A stretch of 64,000 bases of DNA from Eledone cirrhosa (Eukaryota): NCBI GenBank assembly GCA_964016885.1, contig OZ024746.1, positions 46,872,001 through 46,936,000 of the forward strand, given 5' to 3'. This document shows positions 1-11,356 of the stretch, piece after piece. Position numbers and translations under genes: made by a program. The number at the start of each line of letters is the position of its first letter. The first letter of the stretch is position 1. Under the pieces are notes generated by a model that saw only the letters and a program-made list of their open reading frames with translations, made no database searches and was not told where the DNA came from.

Positions 1-915
1 TCTTTTTTTCTATTTTAGTTATATATGATGGTATTTTTAGTGGTGTTTTGTTCTTGTTAATATCTCTGCTATCACCAAGATAATGCTTCACTGTCATTGC
101 TAAGGCATATAAACAGGCGTTGATTTGCCAAAATGTTGGGCTTTTTATCCGTCGTAATTATTCATCCCCTATTTCGTCAATAACACGTATTATTTCATTA
201 TTTGGTTTTTTATTCACCATTGTCATTTTAACACGTTCAGCCAGAGAGATATTTATACATGAGTTAATTTCTCTATGGAAGATTTCGTTGTGGGAAATTT
301 TCAATTGTTTATACTTTTGATTATCATTATTGATAGTATTTTCCACAACAGTCGAGGTAGACTCGGATGGTATACGTGGTGTCACATTTATTCGATTATT
401 ATTATTATTTCTTCGATTATTATTATTATCGATAGTGTTTTCCCCAGCATTCGAGGTAGACTTAGATGGTACAGTGTCAAGTTTCTTACAGGCATAGTTG
501 TTTCAAGGTGCTGTTCGACCTGGCTGCTAGGAAGTCTAGTAGCATGGCGATGTGTAACACGTGTTGTTGATTCCATGTCTGTTGTGCAATTAATAATATT
601 TATCTTATTTTTACGTTCAACAAACGTCGCTTGGCGTAATTATTTCGCTGTGAAATAATTTAGCTCTGGGTGCATTTCGTCCCAGTGTAGCTTCATTCTA
701 TTCAAATAGCCAATGGAGGGATTGTTTTTTGCCATTTTATAACAATTAAATAAATCATTATTAAGTTCGCAACTCCAAGAGAAATGCTATTTATAATTTC
801 GGTTTCTTCTGTAGCTACAACTAAATAAAGTTTGATTACCTTCTTTGTTATTTGTCTTCGATACTTCTTTAATTTTTTTGTTGATGTTGTGTTCAGCCAT
901 GCTGTTTGTAGCAAA
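1..915 (-). mobile_element. Degraded N-terminal ORF region of an R4/Dong-like (RLE) non-LTR retrotransposon
   Basis: Broken minus-strand frames (LNRMKLHWDEMHPELNYFTAK*LRQATFV; ORF 158-385 REINSCINISLAERVKM..KKPNNEIIRVIDE) resemble the R4/Dong pre-RT domain; imperfect ~100-bp-period duplication at ~331-480. Family call from memory. Confidence 0.4.
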
Positions 916-1119
916 TCCTTGTAAAATGAATTATGTATTTAGTCGGATATCTCTACGAATTGGGTGTCTTCAGAAGGGATAGTTAGAAGAACAACCAGTT
1001 ATTCAACCTGGCTGTAGTTGTGGCATTACTGTCGGAGATAGTATTCATCTTAAATTTAATAAATAGTCTCCCACACCAAAATATGCGACTGATCGCTTTG
1101 ACTGATGGATTATATGTGT

Positions 1120-1187
1120 ATGTATGTATGTATGTATGTATGTATGTATGTATGTATGTATGTATGTATGTATGTATGTATGTATGT
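1120..1187. repeat. (TATG)n microsatellite at the 5' junction of the RTE
   Basis: Direct reading. Confidence 0.95.
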
Positions 1188-3995
1188 ACACCATGTTCCA
1201 ACAAAAGAACAAATTCAAAACCACATGGATGCATCCTGCATCTAAGGAATGGCATATTTTGGACTACGTCCTAGTCAGGATGCGTGACAGACAGGATGTG
1301 CAGTGTGTTCGTGCTCTTGGTGGAGCTGAGTGCTGGATGGACCACCGCCTGGTACGCGCAAAAGTGAAACTAATCACTAAACGTAAAATCCGGGCTCCTG
1401 GTGTTGTCCTGCCCAAAAGATTGAATGCTGCTCGTCTTAAGGATAAAAATGTGAAGAGGACATTGGAAGAAGAGATGCAGGCTGCAGATCTTGGTGAGGA
1501 TTGGCCGACCCTTAAAAAGTCGGTTTATGATGTAGGCAGGCGTGTTCTGGGATTGGTGCAGAGAAAACATCAGGACTTGTTTAATGAGAATGATGTACAT
1601 ATAGAAGACTTGTTGGCTGATAAGAGGCGTACTCTGTCACGCTACTTGACCGCAAAACCACAGGAGAGGAATACGTTGCATGAGGAACTCAAGGATGTAA
1701 AATCACGTGTTAGGCGGAGTCTTTCTCAGATGAAGGATCAGTGGTGGAGTGAGAAGGCTGGTGAGTTACAAACTGCGTCAGATTCCAATAACACAAAGCT
1801 GTTGTACAGTCTCTTGCGTGAGGTTTATGGAACGTCTTCTTCTCTGGTGACACCGCTTCGCAGCAAGATGGCAAAGAACTTCTTCGTGACTCACAAGGAA
1901 TTCTACGACGGTGGCGAGAGCACTTTGATGATCTTTTGAATCAGCCGTCTGTCGTCAGTGAAAATTTCCGCAATCTCATTCTAGAAAGTCCTGTGAAAGT
2001 AGCTCTCGCAGAACCTCCGACGTTTGTGGAGGTTGCAGTGGCTATTTCGAAGCTGAACAGTGGAAGATCTGCAGGTATGGATGGCATACATGCTGATCTC
2101 CTACGATATGGTGGTGAGAGACTCCTGCAACATCTTCACTCTTTGTTTGGCAGGATATGGGCTAATGAATCCGTACCTGAGGACTGGAGAGATGCAGTAA
2201 TGGTGGTCTTGTACAAGGGAAAGGGTAACAGGAATGATTGTGGGAACTACAGAGGTATATCATTGCTTTCTGTCGTAGGGAAAGTTTTATGTAGGGTGCT
2301 TCTGGACCGTCTGCTGACACACATTGCAAATTGTGTTCTTCCTGAAAGTCAATCTGGTTTTCGTGCTAGACGCGGCACTACTGATATGATCTTCTCAGCT
2401 AGACAGCACCACGAGAAGTGCATGGAACAAGGCTTGGGTCTGTATCAGGTTTTTGTCGATCTGACAAAAGCTTTCTATACTGTTAACAGAGATGCATTAT
2501 GGAAGGTTCTCCAGAAACTTGGTTGCCCTGATAAGTTCCTTGCTTTAGTTAGGTCTTTCCATGACGACATGAAGTCTTGGGTTAATGTCGGAGGTAACAT
2601 GTCGGAGCCTATCTCAGTAACAAATGGAGTGAAACAAGGGGATATTCCAGCACCGACCCTGTTTGCCATATACTTTGTAATGGTTTTCTGTATTGCATTC
2701 AGGAATTGCGAGCATGGTGTTTACATCCGATATCGAACCCCAGGCAGCATATTTAACATCAGGCGCTTTGCTGCAAAGACAAAAGTATTTACTTCAATCA
2801 TAAGACACCTCTTGTATGCAGATGATTGCGATCTTGTAGCGCACACAGAGAGTGATATGCAGCACATTTTGAATGATTTTCTGACGCTTGCACTGCCCCA
2901 GGATTGACTGTCAGTCTCAAGAAAACCGTCGTCATGTACCAACCTGCTCCTGGTAAGCAGTACACTGAACCAAATATCCATGTGTATGGTAAACGACTTG
3001 GAGTGGTTGATCAGTTTGTCTACCTGGGAAGCACTGTCAATCGATACAGCAACCTTGACAGTGAAATCACACTTAGGATTAGGAAAACAAGTGATGCTTT
3101 CGGAAAGCTAGAAAGGCGACTCTGGGGTCGGCGAGACATATACAGGAGGACAAAGGTAAAGGTGTACAAGGCATGTGTGCTCTCTTGTCTTCTTTATGCC
3201 TGCGAGACCTGGGTCACATATCGACACCACCTTAAGCAATTGGAGCGTTTCCATCAGATGTGTCTCAGACGGATCCATGGCGATCACTGGAGGGACCACA
3301 TCAGTGATGTCGAGATTTTGGAAAGCTCTATGTGTGACAGTATAGAAGCTCTTGTGCTTAAGCAACGACTCCGTTGGAGTGGTCACCTTGCCAGGATGAA
3401 GGATTCTAGAATACCAAAACAACTCTTTTATGGAGAGTTGGTTAAAGGAAAACGACCGCCACATAAACCAAAAAAGAGGTATAAGGATTCCTTGAAAGCT
3501 TCTTTGAAAGACGCTAACATCTCTGCTGATACATGGGAAAATATTGCTGCTGATTGTAATAAATGTAGAAAGACTGTATATGAGGGAAAAGTTGCCTTTG
3601 AGGCATCTCGAATCGCATACGAGAAAGTAAAGCGGGATGTGAGGAAGGGCATCGTTGTTGCACTTCCAGACGTCGAGGGTCCTCCTATGGTGCTGACATG
3701 CAGCGTCTGTGCGAGACTCTGCCTAAGCAAAGCTGGACTCGAAAGTCATCTTCGCAGTCATAAAGTAAGACCAGTGGTTGACTACCAGGCTGCTGTTGGA
3801 GATGCTACTCATCATGCTTCCCAAACATATGGTAGAGAATGTAAATCAGCAGGAGGGCTCAAGCGACATGCAAAAGTACACGAACTCCAACCACAGCCGA
3901 CTATTCCCAGTGAATGTTTTGTTTGCCGACTCTGTGCAAGACATTTTAGATCATTGGCTGGGCTAAAAAGCCACATTCGATCGCAGCGCTGTTAG
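1188..3995 (+). pseudogene. RTE ORF2 split over three frames (ORF track 1124-1939, 1936-2907, 2904-3995)
   Basis: Contiguous EN-RT homology across frameshifts near ~1870 and ~2880; stop at 3995. Confidence 0.9.
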
Positions 3996-4004
3996 TTGCT
4001 ATCG

Positions 4005-4178
4005 CGTGTGTGTGTGTGTATAGATATGTTTATGTGTGCGCGTGTATGTGTATATATATATGTATATGTATATTATTATTGTTGTTTTCGTTATTATTAT
4101 TGTTGTTATTATTATTATTATTGTTATTAATGTATATGTGTGTGTGTATATATATATGTGTGTATATATGTATATGTA

Positions 4179-4259
<81 letters not shown>

Positions 4260-4280
4260 TATATATAGATAGATATATAG
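4005..4280. repeat. Compound (TG)/(TTA)/(TA) microsatellite inside the RTE 3' UTR
   Basis: Direct reading. Confidence 0.85.
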
Positions 4281-5234
4281 ATATATTTCTTTTTTTTATT
4301 TTTATTTTATTTTTTATTTATTTGTTAATTTTTTTTCTCCTCGTGCAATGGCCATACTCGATAACGAGGGGGCAGCCATCATCATGTATGTATATATGTA
4401 TGTATGTATGAATACAGTCAAATTCTCTTTCTTGTTTTTCACTGTGATAGATGTATCTGTGCGCGCTCGCATCTGTCTGCATCTTCTCTCCAATCTCTCC
4501 ATCTCTTCTCCGTCTTTCTCTTACTTTACACACGAATCATCCTCTCCATTGGAAATTCAATTTGCTATCACCTGCAATGTGAATATTCAAATAGGTTTTC
4601 TCTTCGTCAATCATAAAAGCAAACGACATTCGCTCTGCATAATCATATTATATATGTAATAATAAGAATACCAAACGTCTATTGAGCTATCTTAGATATT
4701 CCGGAAATTTGTAAGAGGTTTTATAGCTTAAGGAGTGATTGTATAATGTTAGCTAACTAGAGTTAAATTCTGAAGAGGGTAGTCTTTCTGTCTGTCTAAT
4801 ACGCTGTATATATTGCATTTTAGAATCTTCCAAATCGTCTTTTTAAATTCATAGTTTTCAAAACTACATTTCGCTCCACAGGTCATTTTGGCTTCAACAT
4901 GATTCCAAAGAGATTGAATGATATAGTTGCGGGTTAAATCTAGCTTGTGAATGTTATAGCGTGAGGAAACTGTCTCATATTTATTATTTTCATATCATGC
5001 AATCAATGTTCTGTTACAGAAAATAAATTATTTTCAATATTTCACGAGATATGTGCAAGAGTATTGCTGCTTCATATTGTTCTTCTTGAATATATTATGC
5101 CTTTTTGTGTTCTTACTATCATTTATAGATTTGTGTTGTTGGTTGCCTTCATCTTAGCAGCCATTTTGCATTGTTTAATATTATTACACATAACACTTTC
5201 CACATTATATTTTATATATGGAAAAAACTACAGC

Positions 5235-5271
<37 letters not shown>

Positions 5272-5273
5272 AT

Positions 5274-5304
<31 letters not shown>

Positions 5305-5376
5305 CATTATGAAGAGAGAAGAAACATTTAGATATAATTAGTAATAAAATGTATCATACCTAAACTGTTCCTAAAT

Positions 5377-5464
5377 TCCTCGACTACGTAGTTTCGTGGC
5401 ATAAACAAAAACAATATATCAAAGATATAGAGTCCTTGCGAGGTCTGCCGACTTATCAAGAGGA
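5377..5464 (-). ncRNA. Type I hammerhead ribozyme, U3-A8 variant (array unit)
   Basis: Reverse complement of the motif at 6952-7039. Confidence 0.8.
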
Positions 5465-5967
5465 TACCTCATTTTACTAGTCTCAAGAACGCGTCTACAC
5501 GACGTGAGAAAGAATCCCAAAAGGCGGAGGGGGAGATAGTCACGCGATATAACGGTCGAGAAACAGAGCTAAGCCTCCTATAACCACGAAAAAAATACCA
5601 CAGAGGCGGAGGGGGTATTCATATCGAGGCCGTAGAAGAAGTAGTGAAGAAGGCGAGAAGTATGAGTAATGGAAGCTTTCCAGTTGTCCCCACACTTCAA
5701 AGATTGCTCGACCAGAGGGAGTTATTAATACATTTAGAAACACACAGATACATGCGGACACACACATATATACATGAATGCATCCGCACGCAACTGTGAG
5801 TTAAGGGTGCCAACTTCACCGATGTTGCTCAATGAATGACTGGGACAGACCAATTCAGTTTGAACCAGACTGAACCAGTATCAGAGTTAAAAATACATTA
5901 TGAAGAGAGAAGAAACATTTAGATATAATTAGTAATAAAATGTATCATACCTAAACTGTTCCTAAAT

Positions 5968-6055
5968 TCCTCGACTACGTAGTTTCGTGGCATAAACAAA
6001 AACAATATATCAAAGATATAGAGTCCTTGCGAGGTCTGCCGACTTATCAAGAGGA
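5968..6055 (-). ncRNA. Type I hammerhead ribozyme, U3-A8 variant (array unit)
   Basis: Same motif, +591. Confidence 0.8.
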
Positions 6056-6951
6056 TACCTCATTTTACTAGTCTCAAGAACGCGTCTACACGACGTGAGA
6101 AAGAATCCCAAAAGGCGGAGGGGGAGATAGTCACGCGATATAACGGTCGAGAAACAGAGCTAAGCCTCCTATAACCACGAAAAAAATACCACGGAGGCGG
6201 AGGGGGTATTCATATCGAGGCCGTAGAAGAGGTAGTGAAGAAGGCGAGAAGTATGAGTAATGGAAGCTTTCCAGTTGTCCCCACACTTCAAAGATTGCTC
6301 GACCAGAGGGAGTTATTAATACATTTACAAACACACAGATACATGCGGACACACACATATATACATGAATGCATCCGCACCCAACTGTGAGTTAAGGGTG
6401 CCAACTTCACCGATGTTGCTCAATGAATGACTGGGACAGACCAATTCAGTTTGAACCAGACTGAACCAGTATCAGAGTTAAAAATACATTATGAAGAGAG
6501 AAGAAACATTTAGATATAATTAGTAATAAAATGTATCATACCTAAACTGTTCCTAAATTCCTCGACTACGTAGTTTCGTGGCATAAACAAAAACAATATA
6601 TCAAAGATATAGAGTCCTTGCGAGGTCTGCGGATGCATTCATGTATATATGTGTGTGTCCGCATGTATCTGTGTGTTTCTAAATGTATTAATAACTCCCT
6701 CTGGTCGAGCAATCTTTGAAGTGTGGGGACAACTGGAAAGCTTCCATTACTCATACTTCTCGCCTTCTTCACTACCTCTTCTACGGCCTCGATATGAATA
6801 CCCCCTCCGCCTCCGTGGTATTTTTTTCGTGGTTATAGGAGGCTTAGCTCTGTTTCTCGACCGTTATATCGCGTGACTATCTCCCCCTCCGCCTTTTGGG
6901 ATTCTTTCTCACGTCGTGTAGACGCGTTCTTGAGACTAGTAAAATGAGGTA

Positions 6952-7039
6952 TCCTCTTGATAAGTCGGCAGACCTCGCAAGGACTCTATATCTTTGATAT
7001 ATTGTTTTTGTTTATGCCACGAAACTACGTAGTCGAGGA
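6952..7039 (+). ncRNA. Type I hammerhead ribozyme, U3-A8 variant (array unit)
   Basis: Stem I TCCTC/GAGGA; core TTGATAA (6957-6963); stem II GT(c)GGCA/TGCCAC with inner hairpins CCT-cgca-AGG and TATATC-ttt-GATATA; GAAA (7021); palindromic stem III ACTACGTAGT; GUC triplet, predicted cut after 7034. Confidence 0.82.
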
Positions 7040-7542
7040 ATTTAGGAACAGTTTAGGTATGATACATTTTATTACTAATTATATCTAAATGTTTCTTCTC
7101 TCTTCATAATGTATTTTTAACTCTGATACTGGTTCAGTCTGGTTCAAACTGAATTGGTCTGTCCCAGTCATTCATTGAGCAACATCGGTGAAGTTGGCAC
7201 CCTTAACTCACAGTTGGGTGCGGATGCATTCATGTATATATGTGTGTGTCCGCATGTATCTGTGTGTTTCTAAATGTATTAATAACTCCCTCTGGTCGAG
7301 CAATCTTTGAAGTGTGGGGACAACTGGAAAGCTACCATTACTCATACTTCTCGCCTTCTTCACTACCTCTTCTACGGCCTCGATATGAATACCCCCTCCG
7401 CCTCCGTGGTATTTTTTTCGTGGTTATAGGAGGCTTAGCTCTGTTTCTCGACCGTTATATCGCGTGACTATCTCCCCCTCCGCCTTTTGGGATTCTTTCT
7501 CACGTCGTGTAGACGCGTTCTTGAGACTAGTAAAATGAGGTA

Positions 7543-7630
7543 TCCTCTTGATAAGTCGGCAGACCTCGCAAGGACTCTATATCTTTGATATATTGTTTTT
7601 GTTTATGCCACGAAACTACGTAGTCGAGGA
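7543..7630 (+). ncRNA. Type I hammerhead ribozyme, U3-A8 variant (array unit)
   Basis: Identical motif; cut after 7625. Confidence 0.82.
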
Positions 7631-8133
7631 ATTTAGGAACAGTTTAGGTATGATACATTTTATTACTAATTATATCTAAATGTTTCTTCTCTCTTCATAA
7701 TGTATTTTTAACTCTGATACTGGTTCAGTCTGGTTCAAACTGAATTGGTCTGTCCCAGTCATTCATTGAGCAACATCGGTGAAGTTGGCACCCTTAACTC
7801 ACAGTTGGGTGCGGATGCATTCATGTATATATGTGTGTGTCCGCATGTATCTGTGTGTTTGTAAATGTATTAATAACTCCCTCTGGTCGAGCAATCTTTG
7901 AAGTGTGGGGACAACTGGAAAGCTTCCATTACTCATACTTCTTGCCTTCTTCACTACCTCTTCTACGGCCTCGATATGAATACCCCCTCCGCCTCCGTGG
8001 TATTTTTTTCGTGGTTATAGGAGGCTTAGCTCTGTTTCTCGACCGTTATATCGCGTGACTATCTCCCCCTCCGCCTTTTGGGATTCTTTCTCACGTCGTG
8101 TAGACGCGTTCTTGAGACTAGTAAAATGAGGTA

Positions 8134-8221
8134 TCCTCTTGATAAGTCGGCAGACCTCGCAAGGACTCTATATCTTTGATATATTGTTTTTGTTTATGCC
8201 ACGAAACTACGTAGTCGAGGA
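8134..8221 (+). ncRNA. Type I hammerhead ribozyme, U3-A8 variant (array unit)
   Basis: Identical motif; cut after 8216. Confidence 0.82.
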
Positions 8222-8724
8222 ATTTAGGAACAGTTTAGGTATGATACATTTTATTACTAATTATATCTAAATGTTTCTTCTCTCTTCATAATGTATTTTT
8301 AACTCTGATACTGGTTCAGTCTGGTTCAAACTGAATTGGTCTGTCCCAGTCATTCATTGAGCAACATCGGTGAAGTTGGCACCCTTAACTCACAGTTGGG
8401 TGCGGATGCATTCATGTATATATGTGTGTGTCCGCATGTATCTGTGTGTTTCTAAATGTATTAATAACTCCCTCTGGTCGAGCAATCTTTGAAGTGTGGG
8501 GACAACTGGAAAGCTTCCATTACTCATACTTCTCGCCTTCTTCACTACCTCTTCTACGGCCTCGATATGAATACCCCCTCCGCCTCCGTGGTATTTTTTT
8601 CGTGGTTATAGGAGGCTTAGCTCTGTTTCTCGACCGTTATATCGCGTGACTATCTCCCCCTCCGCCTTTTGGGATTCTTTCTCACGTCGTGTAGACGCGT
8701 TCTTGAGACTAGTAAAATGAGGTA

Positions 8725-8812
8725 TCCTCTTGATAAGTCGGCAGACCTCGCAAGGACTCTATATCTTTGATATATTGTTTTTGTTTATGCCACGAAACTA
8801 CGTAGTCGAGGA
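8725..8812 (+). ncRNA. Type I hammerhead ribozyme, U3-A8 variant (array unit)
   Basis: Identical motif; cut after 8807. Confidence 0.82.
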
Positions 8813-9314
8813 ATTTAGGAACAGTTTAGGTATGATACATTTTATTACTAATTATATCTAAATGTTTCTTCTCTCTTCATAATGTATTTTTAACTCTGAT
8901 ACTGGTTCAGTCTGGTTCAAACTGAATTGGTCTGTCCCAGTCATTCATTGAGCAACATCGGTGAAGTTGGCACCCTTAACTCACAGTTGGGTGCGGATGC
9001 ATTCATGTATATATGTGTGTGTCCGCATGTATCTGTGTGTTTCTAAATGTATTAATAACTCCCTCTGGTCGAGCAATCTTTGAAGTGTGGGGACAACTGG
9101 AAAGCTTCCATTACTCATACTTCTCGCCTTCTTCACTACCTCTTCTACGGCCTCGATATGAATACCCCCTCCGCCTCCGTGGTATTTTTTCGTGGTTATA
9201 GGAGGCTTAGCTCTGTTTCTCGACCGTTATATCGCGTGACTATCTCCCCCTCCGCCTTTTGGGATTCTTTCTCACGTCGTGTAGACGCGTTCTTGAGACT
9301 AGTAAAATGAGGTA

Positions 9315-9402
9315 TCCTCTTGATAAGTCGGCAGACCTCGCAAGGACTCTATATCTTTGATATATTGTTTTTGTTTATGCCACGAAACTACGTAGTCGAG
9401 GA
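9315..9402 (+). ncRNA. Type I hammerhead ribozyme, U3-A8 variant (array unit)
   Basis: Identical motif; cut after 9397. Confidence 0.82.
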
Positions 9403-9752
9403 ATTTAGGAACAGTTTAGGTATGATACATTTTATTACTAATTATATCTAAATGTTTCTTCTCTCTTCATAATGTATTTTTAACTCTGATACTGGTTCAG
9501 TCTGGTTCAAACTGAATTGGTCTGTCCCAGTCATTCATTGAGCAACATCGGTGAAGTTGGCACCCTTAACTCACAGTTGGGTGCGGATGCATTCATGTAT
9601 ATATGTGTGTGTCCGCATGTATCTGTGTGTTTCTAAATGTATATATATATATATATATATAATCAGGATAGAACCAGTTTCAAACTGGAATACTCAACAA
9701 AATACTTGATCCTTGGGGTAGTAGAGTATGACTATGTTATAAAGAGCCGGGG

Positions 9753-9849
9753 CCCGACGGCTGAGTTCTTGCCGTTTCAACAGCTAGTTCGAGTAGTTCC
9801 AGACAGCTTGCCGAAGGGCTTCGCGGTTTAATGGTTGTATCATCAGGGA
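9753..9849 (-). ncRNA. Type I hammerhead-like motif with long stem II insert (PLE 3' end family also at 20.3k, 48.9k, 54.4k)
   Basis: Minus: CCC-CTGATGA-tACA..~55 nt..TGTt-GAAA-CGGC aagaactca GCCG-TC-GGG. Confidence 0.6.
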
Positions 9850-10828
9850 GTGGTTTGTTCATATAAGGGTATATATTATTCATCCAATTGTAAATTTTCT
9901 TCGTAGAAGTGTTTTAGATTGTTTAATATGTATAACGAGTAGTTGTGTGTGTAGATATGTAGCTTGGTGAGTGTGTACATGTATGTGTGCGTCTATGTAC
10001 GCACCCGAGTGTATCTGACTTTTGAACTTGAGATAGAATAATCGTTAAGAAAATTGCATATGGTGTGTTTTAGGCACTTCAAATCAGGGGGTGAGAGCAC
10101 ACTCTCTCTAAAAACACCTGATTTTCTCGGGAGATGGGGAGAGTAAGATATAGTGACAGAGCGAGGTAGAGAACGAATCGTGCCGAGAACTAAATAGGTA
10201 TTCTTTTATCGAGTTCAAAAGGATAAAACGCAAAGTTGACGTGGGTAGGATTTTAACTCAGAGTACAATAAGCCGGAAGGCGTACAGCAAAACCTATCCG
10301 ATATTTTAAAGATTTTGCTACTTCGCCGCACGTTTTTTTAAATACATGAAGATGATGCCAAATATGAACCATTCAGTACAATATATTATATCCTTCTATT
10401 AGATGCAATACGATAGTTTTCTAACATGCATCTCAGACTGCAAAGTTTCCTCTTTAAAATAGGTAACCAGCAATATTGATATATTTACAACGTTTCCCCT
10501 GTTCACTAACATGGAAACAAAACTCAATATCGGTATCACAAATTGCACTTTAGATCATTAGATAATTTTTAATGGGCTTAGTAAAAGGCAGAGGCATTAT
10601 AACCGAGTTGAGAATGTAGCTCATGAGTTTAAATATGCAGGTATCTTTTTTGTGTATAGTAGAGTAGAGGATAATTAACTATAGCTAGCTTTTCTGTTTT
10701 CGAAGAATTCGTCTCTCATGCAGAGAAACAGGAGTTATGCATTCTAATTAGGGAAATACGGAAGTACGGAAAGAGCATATGCAGAGGTAACTGAAAACAC
10801 TTCCAGGGAGAATAATTTCATGCTTGTT

Positions 10829-11255
10829 ATACATAAACATATATATGTGTTGCTAAATATATTTATATATATATATATATATATATATAAATCCAAAATT
10901 AAGATAAAATAAATGAATTTAATCTAAATCGAAATTGTGGGTGTCATGTCATACGGCATGCGCCATATATCCTGGAAATTAAGCTCTAAGATAAATCTGA
11001 GCATATTATAATAACTAGAAATTGATTAACATATAAATATACATGAATAATCACAGGAGATAATTTTTGCCCGCGTGTAACCACGCATAGCTAGTATAGG
11101 TAATATTTACCTTAAGTGTGATTAACCTTCCTTGTATATATCCCATTAAAGAAATATATTTCACCAATTAATCAGATGGTAAGTCACGGAAAGTGGATAT
11201 TATTGGATTGTCAACAAGGAAAGTGTAATAATTTCCAGCTATCCGTCCTTACAGA

Positions 11256-11325
<70 letters not shown>

Positions 11326-11356
11326 TATATAGCAACACATATATATGTTTATGTAT
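10829..11356. repeat. 27-bp perfect inverted repeats (10829-10855 / 11330-11356) each abutting a (TA)n tract
   Basis: ATACATAAACATATATATGTGTTGCTA and its reverse complement. Confidence 0.75.

Larger units (their letters stand above)
1188..4385 (+). mobile_element. 5'-truncated RTE-clade LINE (APE endonuclease end + RT + C2H2 fingers), two frameshifts
   Basis: APE C-term TWMHPASKEWHILDYVLV..DHRLV; RT motifs NYRGISLLS, PESQSGFR, FVDLTKAF, GVKQGD, LLYADD, FVYLGS, LLYACETW, RLRWSGHL, RIPKQLFYGEL; 3' stem-loop CTCG-ataa-CGAG and CATCATCAT tail; (TATG)n on both sides. Confidence 0.95.
5302..9642. mobile_element. 591-bp tandem array of HHR-containing units (retrozyme or PLE pseudo-LTR multimer) with internal inversion, inserted in (TA)n
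   Basis: ~2.25 units on minus (5302-6630) joined through TGC microhomology (6628-6630) to ~5.1 units on plus (6628-9642); period 591 (one unit 590); only a few substitutions between units; (TA)n at both ends. Confidence 0.9.

Noticed and set aside
5540-9201. Repeated 75-aa ORF (MCVSACICVF..) in each array unit
   Set aside because: No recognisable domain, starts in TG-rich sequence and is frameshifted in one unit; recurrence simply follows the DNA repeat
5302-9642. CRISPR or rDNA/snRNA tandem gene interpretation of the array
   Set aside because: No unique spacers and no recognisable 5S, snRNA or tRNA sequence; eukaryotic context
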